Positions 40,490 to 53,837 of a stretch of 64,000 nt of DNA are shown in pieces. The translations under genes and the position numbers were made by a program. The notes under the pieces are model-generated. The model did no database searches and was not told the origin of the DNA. It worked only from the letters and a program-made list of their open reading frames with translations. Source of the DNA: Lama glama (lineage: Eukaryota); NCBI GenBank assembly GCA_028534125.1, contig CM052816.1, forward strand, positions 70,496,001-70,560,000, given 5' to 3'. Position 1 is the stretch's first letter. Every line of letters begins with the position of its first letter.

Positions 40490-40606
40490 CTTCCACAGTG
40501 CTAATATGAGCAGCATTAATAGCAATAATCCAGCAAAAGCACTCAAGAGGATAACCCACAATGGCACTCTGCCTGGCAGCCCGTCTTTGGATATTTGAAT
40601 AGCGAG
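40490..40606 (-). CDS. ITGA1: ITGA1 transmembrane exon (~28): LAIQISKDGLPGRVPLWVILLSAFAGLLLLMLLILALWK
   Basis: tttcAG...GTAAGA, 117 bp; VPLW-TM helix typical of integrin alpha chains; visible in ORF 40433-40738. Confidence 0.98.
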
Positions 40607-41594
40607 CTGAAAATTATTAAACAAGATTGTTAACACTGATAAACACCTCTTAGAACTCCTAATACACCGAGTTCTTATAGGCTGTAATCTTCTACCAAAC
40701 AGTGTACTTAATCTCATTACTACATGCAGAGAAAACATTGACTTTCCATTTAAAAGTGCCCTTCATCTATTCTAAATCTCTAACCATGTCAAATTCATTA
40801 TTACCAAAACAATTTTATAACCTTATCCTTCAGAAATTCATACATAAAGAGTAAATTGTCTATGAATCAGAATGCTCAAGGGCAGAGGTGAATTTAACTC
40901 AGGGAGAACCAACGGTATTGCATGTTTCAAAGGTTTGTTAATAGACGTCAGTGTGTTATCACAATGGCATAAGTTGGAGCTGAAATATTGTCACAAGTTG
41001 TTGACACATAAACCTGAGTAGGTTTCCCAATTCTAATTCTAATGTGCTTTATTTTATTTTTTTAACAAATCGAGGCACAATTTTCATATAGTAAAGTGCA
41101 CAAATCTCAAGTGTACAGATAAATGAATTTTTGCATATATCGCCCCAAATGTGTTTTTGGTTATACTACACTGTCTATTCCTGACATACTCCTGGTATCT
41201 ACAAATTAGGTCTCAACTGAAGTAAATCTTTGAAAGAGACAGCTTTTAGCATTCCAGCTACTCAAGCTCTCTCAAGGTGGCAGCCAAACCCCAATGAAAG
41301 GTATTTTTCCTATGTCTCATTCCGAGGTTTCTGAGGAAAAAAAAAACTAATTCAGGGTAGCTATCAGTGACCAAAAATAGCTAAAGATCCTCTGTTTGCC
41401 TTTAATGGGGGAACATCTCAATTCCTTAACCTAGAGGGGAAGATTAGGGGTAAAAAAAGGGAACTAACAGGGGAGATATTTATTTGCATGTAGTGGATAC
41501 TGATCCAAATTTCTCAAATTGCTCTGGGTAGGTCACTGCTGATGTATCAGGAACATGGAGCAGGTAGGAGTATAGATATACACAGAATCAGACC

Positions 41595-41724
41595 TTTTTT
41601 GGGGGTTGGGGGAGGTAATTAGGTTTGTTTACTTAATTATTTCTTAATAAAGGTGCTGGGGATTAGAACCCAGGACCTTGTGCATGCTAAGTAGGCACTC
41701 TACCACTGAGCTACAATTTCCCCC
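41595..41724 (-). mobile_element. tRNA-derived SINE (Vic-1-like)
   Basis: Reverse copy of the 7858 SINE; TSD cagaatcagac/cagaagcagac. Confidence 0.85.
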
Positions 41725-42921
41725 TCAGAAGCAGACTCTTTAAGACAGACTTTAAACACATCTAAAACAATTCCCTGAACTTAAAGGTACAGAAACCGAA
41801 GTCTGGATGGGATCACCAACTTCTCTAAGATCACACACTTACAAAGTGATCATTTCAAATAATTTTAACAAATTAATTTTTCTTTAGGATAAAATGTAGA
41901 ATAAACAGCTCTGTGGGGAATTTTTAAACTAGTATTTAGGGAAAATAAAGCTAATTATAAATTTTTAACAAAATATATTTAGGAATCAAATGTGTTCTTT
42001 TACAATATTATCATGTAATATTATTTTCCAATAATATTTACTCATTTTTTTGGTGCTTACCTGTGAAATTTTAGCTTTTCTATATGGGGAACAACTTTTC
42101 ATTTATTGGGCTAAATGCTCTTTACAAAGTAAGTAAACATTATATGCAGATATTCTATGCATTCTATGCATGTACTTTTTAAAGGTGAATATTTATCAGA
42201 GGTCACTGACATTGGAATTATTTGAAATAAAAATTTAAAACATCTCAATGTTAGGTAGCTTCAAAATAGAATTTTATGACTCATAATATCCACATGAAAT
42301 ATTTAAACTCTGATGTAAAAGGGGAAATAATGCTGAAGTGCCCACATCTATAACACGTACTTTGGCTTTATTTTGTAACAGGACAAGAGGAAAAAAAACT
42401 CAAACCATTTTATTTTTATCAAGGGCTCCAGCATGTATCTGTACTAGGGAATAACACTTCATTTTTGTTTCAAATTTCCCAATGAGTAAATGAAGAAAAT
42501 TTTATAGAGTTTAATGTAGTCCTGTACAGTATAAAGATACTTTCTATAGAGAAATTATTTTTCAAGTCTGTTCTTCAGATCTCAACTGCATTTTATAATG
42601 TCAGTTTTTAAGGACGAAAATTTACAAATGCAACATTTGTTATCAAGGTGAAAGTAAAAACATCAATTTACTGTGATAGTTAGAAACAATAAAGTAAAAC
42701 ATGACATGTTAATTGTAAATACCATGTTTTTCCCAGTTTCTTACAAAGAAAAATGAGACTGAAATCACACTTGACGCTAATTGAGTATAATTTGAAGCAA
42801 AAAGTGTCATTTTTTGGGAGCAGTGCTAGTCACTGCTTTAGGGACTATAAGCAAATATAAAACATTATGTCACAAACAGAATGAAATGTATAATGTTTTC
42901 AAAGTTTGGAGTCTCACTTAC

Positions 42922-43014
42922 CTCTCTTTTTTGATTACCAGCACTTAAAACTAATGATGTATTTTCACTCTGAAGCTCTGCCCTTACAGTAAGATTTAAG
43001 CTGGAAAAATGTGC
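42922..43014 (-). CDS. ITGA1: ITGA1 exon (~27): AHFSSLNLTVRAELQSENTSLVLSAGNQKRE
   Basis: tttcAG...GTAAGT, 93 bp. Confidence 0.96.
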
Positions 43015-44014
43015 CTGAAAAAAGCAAACAGGTTTCATTTTCAGTATATAAAGCTAATCACAATGAGAGCTAGTCATGTTTAAGTAGTGCAATTTTTCAA
43101 CCTAAAATTGTTCTGAAGGGTTGAAACAGCAGTTTAACACCCAAACAGAACTGGTGGTATGAAAGGATGACTGTATACCCACCCTTCCCCTTTGCATTCA
43201 AATTCTCACTTAGACCCTTGTTACAGAACGGGGAATTTTTCTGAATAAAGCAGTTTTCATTCAGATTTATCCTTAGCAGAAACAAACGCCACACCCTGCC
43301 ATCCCTTTCACATGGCTAGTTACGGAAATAGTTACACTCTGGTGCAGAGGTTTACACAGGAGCTTGTTTAGGATTAAGCATGAAGTCACCCATATCCAAC
43401 AATTCATGACTTACAAAAATAACAACCTGATATGCTCAAACCTAAAAGTGGAAATTTCATATAATTAACAAAATACATCTAATAGAGAAACAAATAATGC
43501 AAACTGCAATGGACGAAGCTGTAAAGTAGCTAGTTGTCAGATGGGCTTGACTTTATTAGGGGTTAAAAAATGTCCTCCAAGATAGATAGATAGGTAGTCT
43601 GATCAAACACGATGAGTCTATATAATACATGCTAGCTCTACTCTTTGTTAATGGTGTCAAAGATTGTCTCTCTAAAATTGTTTGCCCCTTAACTGAGCTC
43701 TGAAGCACTAAGGTAAGTGCAAACTTTGGCGTTGTATAGTGTTTATCTCTGAAGGTGTAAAGGAAAAGAACAAGAGAAACTCAAAAAACAAGCTTATATT
43801 TGAAAAGGGACCTTGAAGATAACTTAGTTACTAACAGACAAGGAAAATGAGATCCAAATAGCTGGTTTAGTAGAGCTGGGGCTTGGACCACGTTGTTTTC
43901 AGACTTTCAGTCTGTGTTCTTTCTGCAGAAGCACTCTGCTTTGCATATACTAAGTGATGAACAAATACGCATTCATATAGTTCAATTATTGCAGAGAACA
44001 ATGCAGTTACTTAC

Positions 44015-44119
44015 TTTTATAAAAGTTGGTTTCCATAAGATAAGCGAAACATTCACCTGGCTCACGTCAGAAGGAATCAGAGTACATGTGATGGTTGCAA
44101 ATTTACATGTACTGCAGTC
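44015..44119 (-). CDS. ITGA1: ITGA1 exon (~26): DCSTCKFATITCTLIPSDVSQVNVSLILWKPTFIK
   Basis: aaacAG...GTAAGT, 105 bp. Confidence 0.96.
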
Positions 44120-44280
44120 CTGTTTAAATGTCCAGAGATATAAATTAGTACTCTTGCTATTTGATAAAAGATAGTATAATAAAATATTTTATAAGATTAT
44201 TATTTTTAGATCGATATTGAATTTATTCACTTGGAAAGCAGGATATAGAGTTAACACTTGTCTTGGTAATTTGAATTTAC

Positions 44281-44385
44281 CAGAATGGTGCCTCGTTTGA
44301 GATCTTCAGGTTTGGATATAATCGTGTTCTTTCCAGAGTTGATATCAAAAGGATCCTGGAGGCTACTGGGTTTGCAGTTTGCATT
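44281..44385 (-). CDS. ITGA1: ITGA1 exon (~25): NANCKPSSLQDPFDINSGKNTIISKPEDLKRGTIL
   Basis: ttcttAG...GTAAAT, 105 bp. Confidence 0.95.
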
Positions 44386-45041
44386 CTAAGAAATAAAAAT
44401 ATTTCTTCTATCAGACAATGCCAGATGTCAGAGGGGAAAATAACTTGGTGGTATAATGTGACGAATCTGTGAATGAAAGCCACTGTGCCAGATGTGAAAC
44501 GTCCATCTTCGTAAGTGTGCGTATAGAAGACACACGACCCCAGATCAGAATTACTGTTACCATGCCATATTTGAATTGTAAGAGGTCGCGATAAAAGTTG
44601 CTGTAGGGAATGAAGGATGCTCGCAGAACTTACTATATGTAACACACTCATTAATTTATTGTTTTCATCAAACATTAGTTTGTAGATCCCCACAAAACAG
44701 AGAGAGAAAAAAGTTAACTCTACTGAGTTAAAAAAAAAAGGATTAGCATTTGTTATTCAAGATGATGGCTCATAAGATGGTTAGTGAAACAAACAAAAAC
44801 CAGAGAGGGACTTCCATCTGTGTTCATGTATTCATCCAGTTCACCAGGAGTCCCTATGTCCCACGGTAAGACACAGTCTGTGTGGGAGGAAGATGTAAGA
44901 AAGCAGTCCTAGAGATGTTAAAATGCCATGTTTATAAGATACTGGTTCTTGGATTGTTTTTCTAGACTTAATCTAAAAAATCTTTTGCTTCCCCAGGACT
45001 CTCTCCATCCTTGATAAAAGGTATCAAGAATAGAGGTTCAT

Positions 45042-45105
45042 GCATGACTGGGACTTATGCTGTACACCAGAGATGGACACATCGTTCATCTGCACTTCAA
45101 TAAAA
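45042..45105 (+). mobile_element. Ultra-short 5'-truncated L1 3' tip
   Basis: gcatgactggg...gctgtacaccag...cttcaataaaaa between perfect 13-bp TSDs aatagaggttcat. Confidence 0.8.
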
Positions 45106-45621
45106 AATAGAGGTTCATAAGTAGTAGGACAAGTCCAATTTTATTCTTCTAGGTTCCCACAAACCTGCTTTTTTGGATTAGAGGTAAATGCTAGAGGTTT
45201 ATGTTTTCCTTGCCTTTAGGGAAACATTTAAATATTACAAGCCAACTTCCTATTACAAGCCAACTGATGCTATTTCTTGATTTCTGAGAATACTTAAACT
45301 GAAACAAAATGTCTAAAAAGAAGAGATTGTCAAATGCTGAAATCATGCATGGATTAATTCAATACTTATTGTGATTTTCTATCTTTGAGACAAAAGCGTA
45401 ACAATAAACTTCCATATAGACTCATTCAATGCTGTAGGTATGAAGGGGGTGTGACATCGCTAATACCTGGAGAGAGTTGTAGTGTACTGTTTTAGATCAG
45501 CTGTATGTGCTGAGGAGCAATGAATGAGTCTTTTTATAGAGCTGTTTGAACACTTCAAGTAAATTAAAGGTCTAACAAACTTTTTAGGCATAAGTCAACA
45601 ATTATTTATCTAAAACCTGCT

Positions 45622-46075
45622 CTAGTGGATTGATTAGGGATCCCCAAAGGATATGCCCAAGTTCTGACACCTGGAACCTGTGACTGTGACCTTATTTGAA
45701 AACAGGGTCATTGCAGATGTAATTAAATTAAGGATTTCCAGATGAGATCACTCTGAATTTAGGTCAGGCTCTGAATCCACTGATGAGTGTGCTTTAGGAG
45801 ACAGAAAGGCAGAAGACACCGAAACACAGGGAAGATAGCCCTGTGAAGACAGAGGCAGCGGTAGGAGTGATGCTGTCACACGCTAAGGAACGGCAAGGGC
45901 CGACATTGGCCTCCAGAAGTTAGGAGAGAGGCATGGAACGGACTGTCCCTTGGAGACTCCAGAGGGAACCAACCTTAATTTTAGACTTCTGGCCTTCAGA
46001 ACTGGGAGAGAATACATTTCTGTTGTTTTCAGCCACCCAGTCTGGGGTAACTTGTTACCATAGCAGCTATGCAGA
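45622..46075 (+). mobile_element. MaLR solo LTR (MLT1B/C-like)
   Basis: acctgtgactgtgaccttatttg...ttgcagatgtaatta...agccacccagt...ttgttaccatagc. Confidence 0.85.
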
Positions 46076-46273
46076 ATGAATGCAGTTACTAAATAACTAG
46101 TGGCAGGTGGTAGTAGTTAGTAGTAGTGAAAGTCATAGTGCATTTGTCTAAATGCCGCTCCAAGTTACTTTGGTAAAGGCTCTTGATCACAAGCGGCACA
46201 CAGAACAAAAGGCTTTAGATACAAGTTGGAGAAGATAACATAACAACGTAATTCCGAAGCACGCATGACTCAC

Positions 46274-46387
46274 GTCAGAAGATGACCATCCACTTGGGTA
46301 CAGTACAGGAGAATGATCTGATGTCATGTTGGGGAATGAAATTGACAGCTTCAGTTCTGGCATTGGAAAGTGTCCGGTCTTTCTAAT
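46274..46387 (-). CDS. ITGA1: ITGA1 exon (~24): IRKTGHFPMPELKLSISFPNMTSDHSPVLYPSGWSSSD
   Basis: ttgtAG...GTGAGT, 114 bp. Confidence 0.96.
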
Positions 46388-49351
46388 CTACAAGCGAAAA
46401 AAAGAAAGGTGATTCTTTCTTCCTCTTTCAACAGCAGCTTTTCTGCCTTATATAGGATTCTGGTTCTTAACTGATGAATTAAGTTGTATAATATTTTGCA
46501 TCCCAAAATAAATGCAGAGGACTTATGGCACTGTTCAGGGAATTGGCATAATTAAATAAGCAAAAAAATAAAGATGTTTAACGGTCAGTGATTATACGCA
46601 TCAGCTACAATCATATATTGTTCCTTCATCCTCCCAAAATCAGGGTTAATTTTTTTCCGTTTACCATGCTCATTGTCCGTTCTAGCATATCAGTCTTCCT
46701 GGAGGTGGAAATGAGGGAGACCGTTTACCTGATTCACTCAGAACAGGTGAGCGTATTTTTCTTTGCCTCACCCAGCTTGCTATAATTCCGAGCCCACAAA
46801 ATCATTTCTCACCCCAGCTAGATGGGCTCTGGTGCACGCAAACCAGACACCTATCTGCTTCTCTTCACAACCCTGTGCCCAGCTAGGGTTGTGGCACTGG
46901 CTGTTGATAATCCAGTCCTCTGAGAATCAGACTGACTCTCATTTCAATTGCCATCGCTTTTATCCGCTAACCTAAAATTCTCACTTGACATCGCATCATG
47001 CCACCAATAGTGACTGTGGGTCACAGGGGAGGAAAGCTGGGTGGGAGGGAATTCAGCAGGAAGCTGGATTCCCTATGCAGAAGCCCTCCCTTGCTTAGAA
47101 GAGATGCAACAGAACTGGAGCCACCCGGTAATGTGCCCTCCCTACCCACCATCATCTCCAGCCCTCAGCCTTCCCCCTGGCCTCCCTGGGCTGAATCCTT
47201 AAGCAGCAGGGTGCTCCTCAATATACAGAGACAGATGCCAGGGAGTCCAACTCACCTACCTACCTGAGCCTCCCAGACTGAGAGCTACTCAGATCTGGAG
47301 CTGTTTTCTGTGCTTGCTGAGGATTAAACTCTGGAGATCCCTGCCCAGCTGTTCCTGGCCTCTTAAATATGCTCCCCACTTCTTACCTGCTTATTGTAGT
47401 GTGCCCTGGGCTTGCCTGGCACGGCCTCCCAGCCTAATTCCACCTGTTTCTTGATATTGAGTCATAAATTGTGTATTCTGTAATGCATACTTATTTTTTC
47501 TGTTTGGAAACAATGTTCCTTATAGAAACATTGAAAAATATTGAAAAACAGAAAGTTTCCCACATTTCCACTATATTGGTAACATTTCAGTGTACAAATT
47601 ACCTTTTATATTTGTATATGCATATCATAAAGTTTGTATCATATAAAATATGAAATTTGGCATCCCATTTGTAAAGTTTATTATGTCGTGGCATCTTTCC
47701 ATAAACCTAGGGATTCTTTGAGAATATGAATTTCATTAGCCACTGAGTGACAACCACCACATCAATATTTATTGTTGACCGTGTTCTAGGCCCTGTGCTA
47801 ACTTTCTTACTTGCATTGTTTTTAACCCTGTTAATAGCCCTATGAAGTAGATTCTCTTATTATCCCTGTTTTATCTATGAGGAAATAAGTTTAGAATGAG
47901 AATAAAATCTTCCACGGTCTCAGAGCTAGTAAATAGCAAAATTAGGGTTTTATAAACTCCAAAATGTGCCCTCTGAACTACTGTAACAGCTGTCTCCCCA
48001 TTGAATAATGGATAATTTAAGCAAATTCATGTTGTTAAGCTTTTAAGTTTTGCCCAGATTTTAATTTTTAAATTACCATAAACAACATTGCTAAGAGTAT
48101 CTCTGAGCATTATTGTACCACCAATAATTTCCTATGGTAAATTCCTAGCAGTAAAATTACTGGGTCCCACTTGAAAAAAAAATTTCTTTTTTTAATTCCA
48201 TTACTCCAATTTTAGATTTTACCCTAGCAAAACAGGCAGAGATACAAAAGATATATGCTGAGGGATATTCTTAACAATGTTATTTACATCAACATTATTT
48301 ATAATAGTTTGAGAGCACCTGTTTCAAGTCTGGACCCTAGAAGGTGACAATTCATGAAGATCTACCTCTACCACATTCAAAGTCCCTCCCTCCTCTCCTC
48401 TCTTTCCTTCTTTTCTTCTCCTTTCCTTTCTTCCCATTTTTCCCTTGTCATTTGCTGAATTCTCTACACCAGGAAAAGCAAATGGGATGAGAAAAACCTG
48501 GTAGCCGAAATTTCAAAAATTTATCCCAGTAGTAGAGTGACTGGCATTCACAGAAATGTAAGTTGTCATAGGCAGTTCAGCAAAGGGCACAAAAAAAATA
48601 ACGAAATGTTCTTGAGAGTATACATTTATTTCCATTTTGTAAGAGAATTTCCTTTTTCATCATTGGCAATTTCAAGAGGCTGAGACCATCTTCACCTATA
48701 ATAATGTTGCATTATTTCATACTCTTGAATACAGATTTAAATCCATAATTTAAATTGGACTTTCTTTTACTCGAGTAACATTAACTTGAGTCTGTGTCTG
48801 CAAGTAGGCATTACCGAAAATGACAGCCTTGCTCAATTCCATAATTGTTTACTATAATGGTTAGAAAAAGTTTGCTTTGAAGGGTTCAAAAAGAAAAATA
48901 AATGATGTAATAGAAACATCACTTAAGGAGGTGGTAGTGGAAACATCAGTTAAGTTATGCTATAATACATTTGAGAGATAGCAAGGAGCAGAATGAGATA
49001 CAAATTTATTTTTGAGTAAAGAAAATTATTACCAAGACAATGTGAAATAATCGATTTCTGAAATAGTCAGATTATTTTAAAAAGCACTTTTTCAGTCATA
49101 CTGAAAAAAATAAATGCAAATAAAGTCTCCAGATTTATAGGTAGTGTCTACTTGCTTCCCTAGTTTATTTTTTCCAGGGAGTCATTCTAATAAATTGTGT
49201 CCTATAAGGAAATTAGAGACTTGGGTCTTTAAATTTGCTTCCAAGTATAATTATCATCAATTTAAACAAAACTCTTTTAAAGTAGCAAAATTATAAAGAA
49301 AAATAGGATGGAATTGAATAAATATGTTTCTATGTGTCTGTTAATACTTTT

Positions 49352-49547
49352 TTTNNNNNNNNNNNNNNNNNNNNNNNNNNNNNNNNNNNNNNNNNNNNNN
49401 NNNNNNNNNNNNNNNNNNNNNNNNNNNNNNNNNNNNNNNNNNNNNNNNNNNNNNACGATCTCATATGGTATTTTTCTTTCTCTTTCTGGCTTACTTCACT
49501 TAGAATGACATTCTCTAGGAGCATCCATGTTGCTGCAAATGGCGTTA
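49352..49547 (-). mobile_element. Young 5'-truncated L1 spanning the assembly gap
   Basis: Poly-T at left, L1 3' sequence right of the gap, perfect 13-bp TSD tgttaatactttt. Confidence 0.8.
49355..49454. other. Assembly gap (100 N, true size unknown)
   Basis: Run of exactly 100 N. Confidence 0.99.
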
Positions 49548-49621
49548 TGTTAATACTTTTATATAACTTATAAACTTACAAATAGCTCATTTACAACACT
49601 AACATAGAGGAAATGTCTTAC

Positions 49622-49724
49622 CAAGTAGAAGATATTAATTTCATTTCCAATGTCCTCAGTAGAAGTAATAACTTCAGGGACTGTCTCATTGGCCGCAATT
49701 GAAATATGGTATTCACTTGCAGAG
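49622..49724 (-). CDS. ITGA1: ITGA1 exon (~23): (S)SASEYHISIAANETVPEVITSTEDIGNEINIFYL
   Basis: ttccaAG...GTAAGA, 103 bp, phase 2/0. Confidence 0.96.
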
Positions 49725-50865
49725 CTTGGAAGAATTAATTGGAAGAAGAAAAGTAAAACGCAACAAAATTTAACTTCTACTTGACCTCATTCTTTTTCTT
49801 TCTTCATATCAGGTAATTCCACACAACAAATGCTTATAGAGATTTCAAATCAAAGGCAAATTCTTTTACCCTGAAACCTATAGTTAAACCTTTAAGAGGA
49901 TGAGAAAGACCATAATTTAATTCAGTAGCCACTGATGCTTATTTAGCTTTAAAATGCTAAAATATGCATAGTTTTTAACGTAAAAGTTTCATCATTACCA
50001 AGTTAAAAGTTTCCATAAATTTGCTAACATTGTTAACATTTGGTATTTTCAATTGTGCTGAATTTTAAATAGATTTAAAAAATCTGTTGCCTTTTCACAA
50101 TTTTAAGTCTTATATTTACTGCTAAACTTAAAAGTTCAATCTTTCCCATAAACTTCTCCATGTTCTTTGGATGAACTTGGTAGAATGAAATGTAATATTA
50201 ACATATTTAAAAGCAGCACTTAGGTTACAAGAAGACAAAAAAAAGTATTTCTGTGTTTGCCAAAATTTGATTTAAAATAAATGAAAACTTCTTGGGAAAA
50301 GTCACTGTACCAAGAGAAGAGGAAGCAGCAAGATAGAAAACAGCCAGTAGAATTAAAGGCTAAGAAAGACAAGCAAAATTTACATGTATAACCAATAGTT
50401 CTCTCATTTTTTTTCAGTCGGTTGTTGGTAAAAGGGAAGTGCCAGAGAAAATAAATTAATAAAATGTCAAGACTTTTAGACTAAACTTGCCACAAATTCT
50501 TGTACTTTTTGTACCTTGCACAACCTTATTAGCAAAAGCCTGGAGTCCTGCTTATGCAAGTTTGCTAACATGACTGGTGTTTGGATAGATCAGAAGTTCT
50601 TAGGAAAAAGGATGATTTACGAGCAGTGAAAGAAATAAATAGTTCTTGTCAATAAACAATGATTTAATCTCGTGTGACCAGAATGGGCAGGCTAATGAGA
50701 TCCCAACAGCATGAAAGTGAGAGCCAAGGAATACTCGGTGACCTCTAAGAACACTGCCTTTTGTGATGGATTTCTGGGTCTTCAGCTTGCATTTTGGAGT
50801 TATAACTGGACTGCGAATACAATCTGATATCACTGGCACTTCACAGTCTACATTATTTAGGATGT

Positions 50866-51043
50866 TGGTTCTCAAACATTAGAGTACGTGACAGTTACCT
50901 ACAAGGTTTAACACAGATTTCAGCCTCAGCCCCAGAATTTCTGATTCTGTATACCTGGGGTGGGGCCAGAGAATTTGTCTGTCTAACAAGTTCCCAGGTG
51001 ATTCTGATGCCTTTGGCCAGGGACCACAATCTGAGAACCCCTG
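50866..51043. mobile_element. MER5A hAT MITE
   Basis: ggttctcaaac...tttctgattctgta...taacaagttcccaggtgattctgatgc...tgagaacccctg. Confidence 0.85.
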
Positions 51044-51086
51044 GGTTATAGAAAAGCATCAACACAAAAGTGCACTTTTCTCCTAC

Positions 51087-51176
51087 CTGTAAAACTGGAG
51101 TCCAGCTTCATATTTTACAGGGATAGAAACATTTACTTCATTGTCAAAAAGGGATTCAGGCGGCTCCTCACTGTCA
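51087..51176 (-). CDS. ITGA1: ITGA1 exon (~22): (S)DSEEPPESLFDNEVNVSIPVKYEAGLQFY(S)
   Basis: ttttctAG...GTAGGA, 90 bp, phase 2/2. Confidence 0.96.
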
Positions 51177-51577
51177 CTAGAAAATACACAGCATGTTCAG
51201 ACAAATCATTAAACCATTGACTACTGAGGGACCTTTCTAAGCAATTGAATGAGAAGTTTATTTTGGCAATTAAACAAAGGCACAAAAAAGGATGGAGTTC
51301 TTGATTTGTTTAAAAAAATTCAGGGTGGAGAGTGAGACTAGAGATAGGTATTGTTCCTGAGGCGACTGTGAAATGCAGCCAGGGGTGGAAACCACAGTCT
51401 GGTACGAGGTCAAACCTCTGCGTGAATAATGGTAAGTATCCTTGGGTCGATTGTTAGAAACACAGACTATTGGGCTACTCTCCTAGAAAACATAGCATTT
51501 AGCAGGTCCGAGCATGACTTAGCATGAATTTGTATTACAAATCACACAGGGATTCTTATTTATCACAGATGAGGTCC

Positions 51578-51727
51578 TTTTTTTTAATTAAAAAAAACTA
51601 ATTAATTAATTTTTGGCAGGGGAAGATAATTAGACTCTCCTTTTTAATTTTGGAAGAGGGACTAGGGATTGAACCCAGGACCTCATGCATGCTAAGCATA
51701 TACTCTACCACTTGAGCTACACCCTCC
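51578..51727 (-). mobile_element. tRNA-derived SINE (Vic-1-like)
   Basis: gggattgaacccaggacctc...ctctaccacttgagctac, poly-T at left. Confidence 0.85.
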
Positions 51728-51999
51728 ACCACACCTGAGGGCCTTGTAAAGGGACAAAACTAGGATCACACAGCTGAGAGTAAATCTACAATCTCTGTCT
51801 TCTCACTTAATAGTCCTTCCATGCCTGGTACTTGACGCTCATGCTATTTGTTAAGCACTTATTTATTCCCCTGAGCTTAGTCAACAGTTCAATGATATAC
51901 TGTGTAAATACATGCATATATGTGTATATGCACGTATACACATACATGTATCTCATACTCTCCTGCGTTCAAAACAAAGCACGTACAAGTGATGTGACA

Positions 52000-52222
52000 G
52001 TCACCACCCTGGCTCTGCAGCCAGAGCGCATGAAATAGCTCTTGGACATTGACCCACTTTGGGAAAGTTATTTAATCTCTCTGAGCTTTGGTTTCTTCAT
52101 CTACAAAATGGGTATTTTATCATTAAATTATTAATGATGATAAATGAGTAAAAATACAAAACACCTAACATTGTACCTAAGACACAGTAGAAATAATAAG
52201 CATTAGCTTTCATTATTATTAT
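52000..52222 (+). mobile_element. MIR SINE
   Basis: aagttatttaatctctctgagc...tttcttcatctacaaaatggg core. Confidence 0.7.
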
Positions 52223-53760
52223 TACACACACCCCTCCACCAGGTGACCAAGGATTTAGCATTTTGTCTCAGAGAATGGGCAAAGAGTACCTTTTAATGGA
52301 TCTGCTTATTCCCAAGTGTATTAAGTGTCTTGGGGTGGGGCAGAGAAGGCAGCCCCGTGACGTGGGTTATAAATATGTGTGGCTGGGCTTTTGCTGCGAA
52401 TGGTCCCTGTCCCTCCTACCCATTCCACACTGCAGCCAACTTAATCTTCCTAAGAAACAGCTCTGTACATATGACTTCACCTCTCAAAGCCTTTCCTGTC
52501 TCCTCGGGGTCTATTCAATTAATAAAAGATACCTCATTTTGAAATTCAATAGTCTCCATAACCAGGTAAGACGTACATTCCCTGTTTATCTTCCATTACT
52601 CCTTTATGAATTCTCTATATTTGCACTAAATGGATTACCCAATTTTCCCCCAAGTAGATTTACCTTTGAGTTTTGGCACAAGCTGTTTGTTTTGCCTGAA
52701 ATGTTCTACCAACCTTTCTGAATTGCTACCCATTCTTTAAGGTCCTTCTCCATTTGGGTTCTCATTGCCAAGTAGATATAACTTCACCCATTAAGTCTCT
52801 GATACATGGCTTATATTTCTCTAGTGAATGTTCCTTGCCCTATCCTGTATTATAATAAATACTAGTCTCATTTTCCTTCTGTGTTTTCACTCCATGATGA
52901 GGTTTGTGCCCTTATTAATTTTATTAATTTTATATTCCCTAAGTGACAAATTCAATATCTTGTCCATAGCAGATGCCAAGTAAATATTTGTTGAATTGAA
53001 CTGAATTAAGCATACAGAATTAACTCATCCATCAATTAATTTTCTCATTTATTCACTCACTTTACATTTATTTAGTAATTATTAGATATGAGTAATTATT
53101 AAACACTTTACATTTATTTATTAATTATTTGATATGAAGCACCTTTTTTTTTTGTTTGTTTTTTACTGGGGAATAAAGTAACAGATGATAAAACTTTATC
53201 TCAAGTTCTTACCTTATGGTTCAGTGGATGGTTACACTTAGAAGAAAGTTACACTTAGAAGAAAGCACTATTCCAATTTCCTTATTAGACTTTTGCTATT
53301 TTTCATTTGTGTATTCTATGCCATCTTTCAGAAGCTGTGACTGATTTGAATAAAATTGATTAAACTACAAAAAGGTATCATAAAGCTTTAAGTCCCTCTA
53401 ATGATTCAGTTGACCTTGATGGTCAGCCAGTAAAAGTTTTTAAATTAGCAAAGCCTATAAAATTTTAAATGAATTTAAATGCAATCTGGCAGATATAAAT
53501 GATATGTGATTATAATATGTTTTATAGCTCATAGAACCAATGGTTTAATCCAGTTAGGTGTATCATTTCTGTTAAACACATTTTAAAAATTTTGCTAATT
53601 ATTCACAGGACGTTTTTGTGGAGCAAAGGGGTTCACTGCCTTCTACTTCTATTCATCTCATAAAATCTGTAAGAAGTTCCAGTGAGTCTATAAAACAAAA
53701 TATTCTAAATACATGAAAGAAATCATATACACATACACTCATGCACACATATAAACCAAC

Positions 53761-53837
53761 CTTGTTGCACTTGAATGAATGATCACATTTTCCATGAGAT
53801 AAGACGTGTTAAACTGAAATAATATTTTGAACATTAC
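53761..53837 (-). CDS. ITGA1: ITGA1 exon (~21): VMFKILFQFNTSYLMENVIIHSSAT(S)
   Basis: tttcatAG...AG|GTTGGT, 77 bp, phase 0/2. Confidence 0.95.

Noticed and set aside
44277..44693. 138-aa minus-strand ORF
   Set aside because: Non-ATG start, mostly intronic, overlaps the real exon out of frame, no recognisable domain
52263..52721. Longest ORF in the track (152 aa)
   Set aside because: Non-ATG start, lies largely in decayed L2-like sequence, no protein-like features
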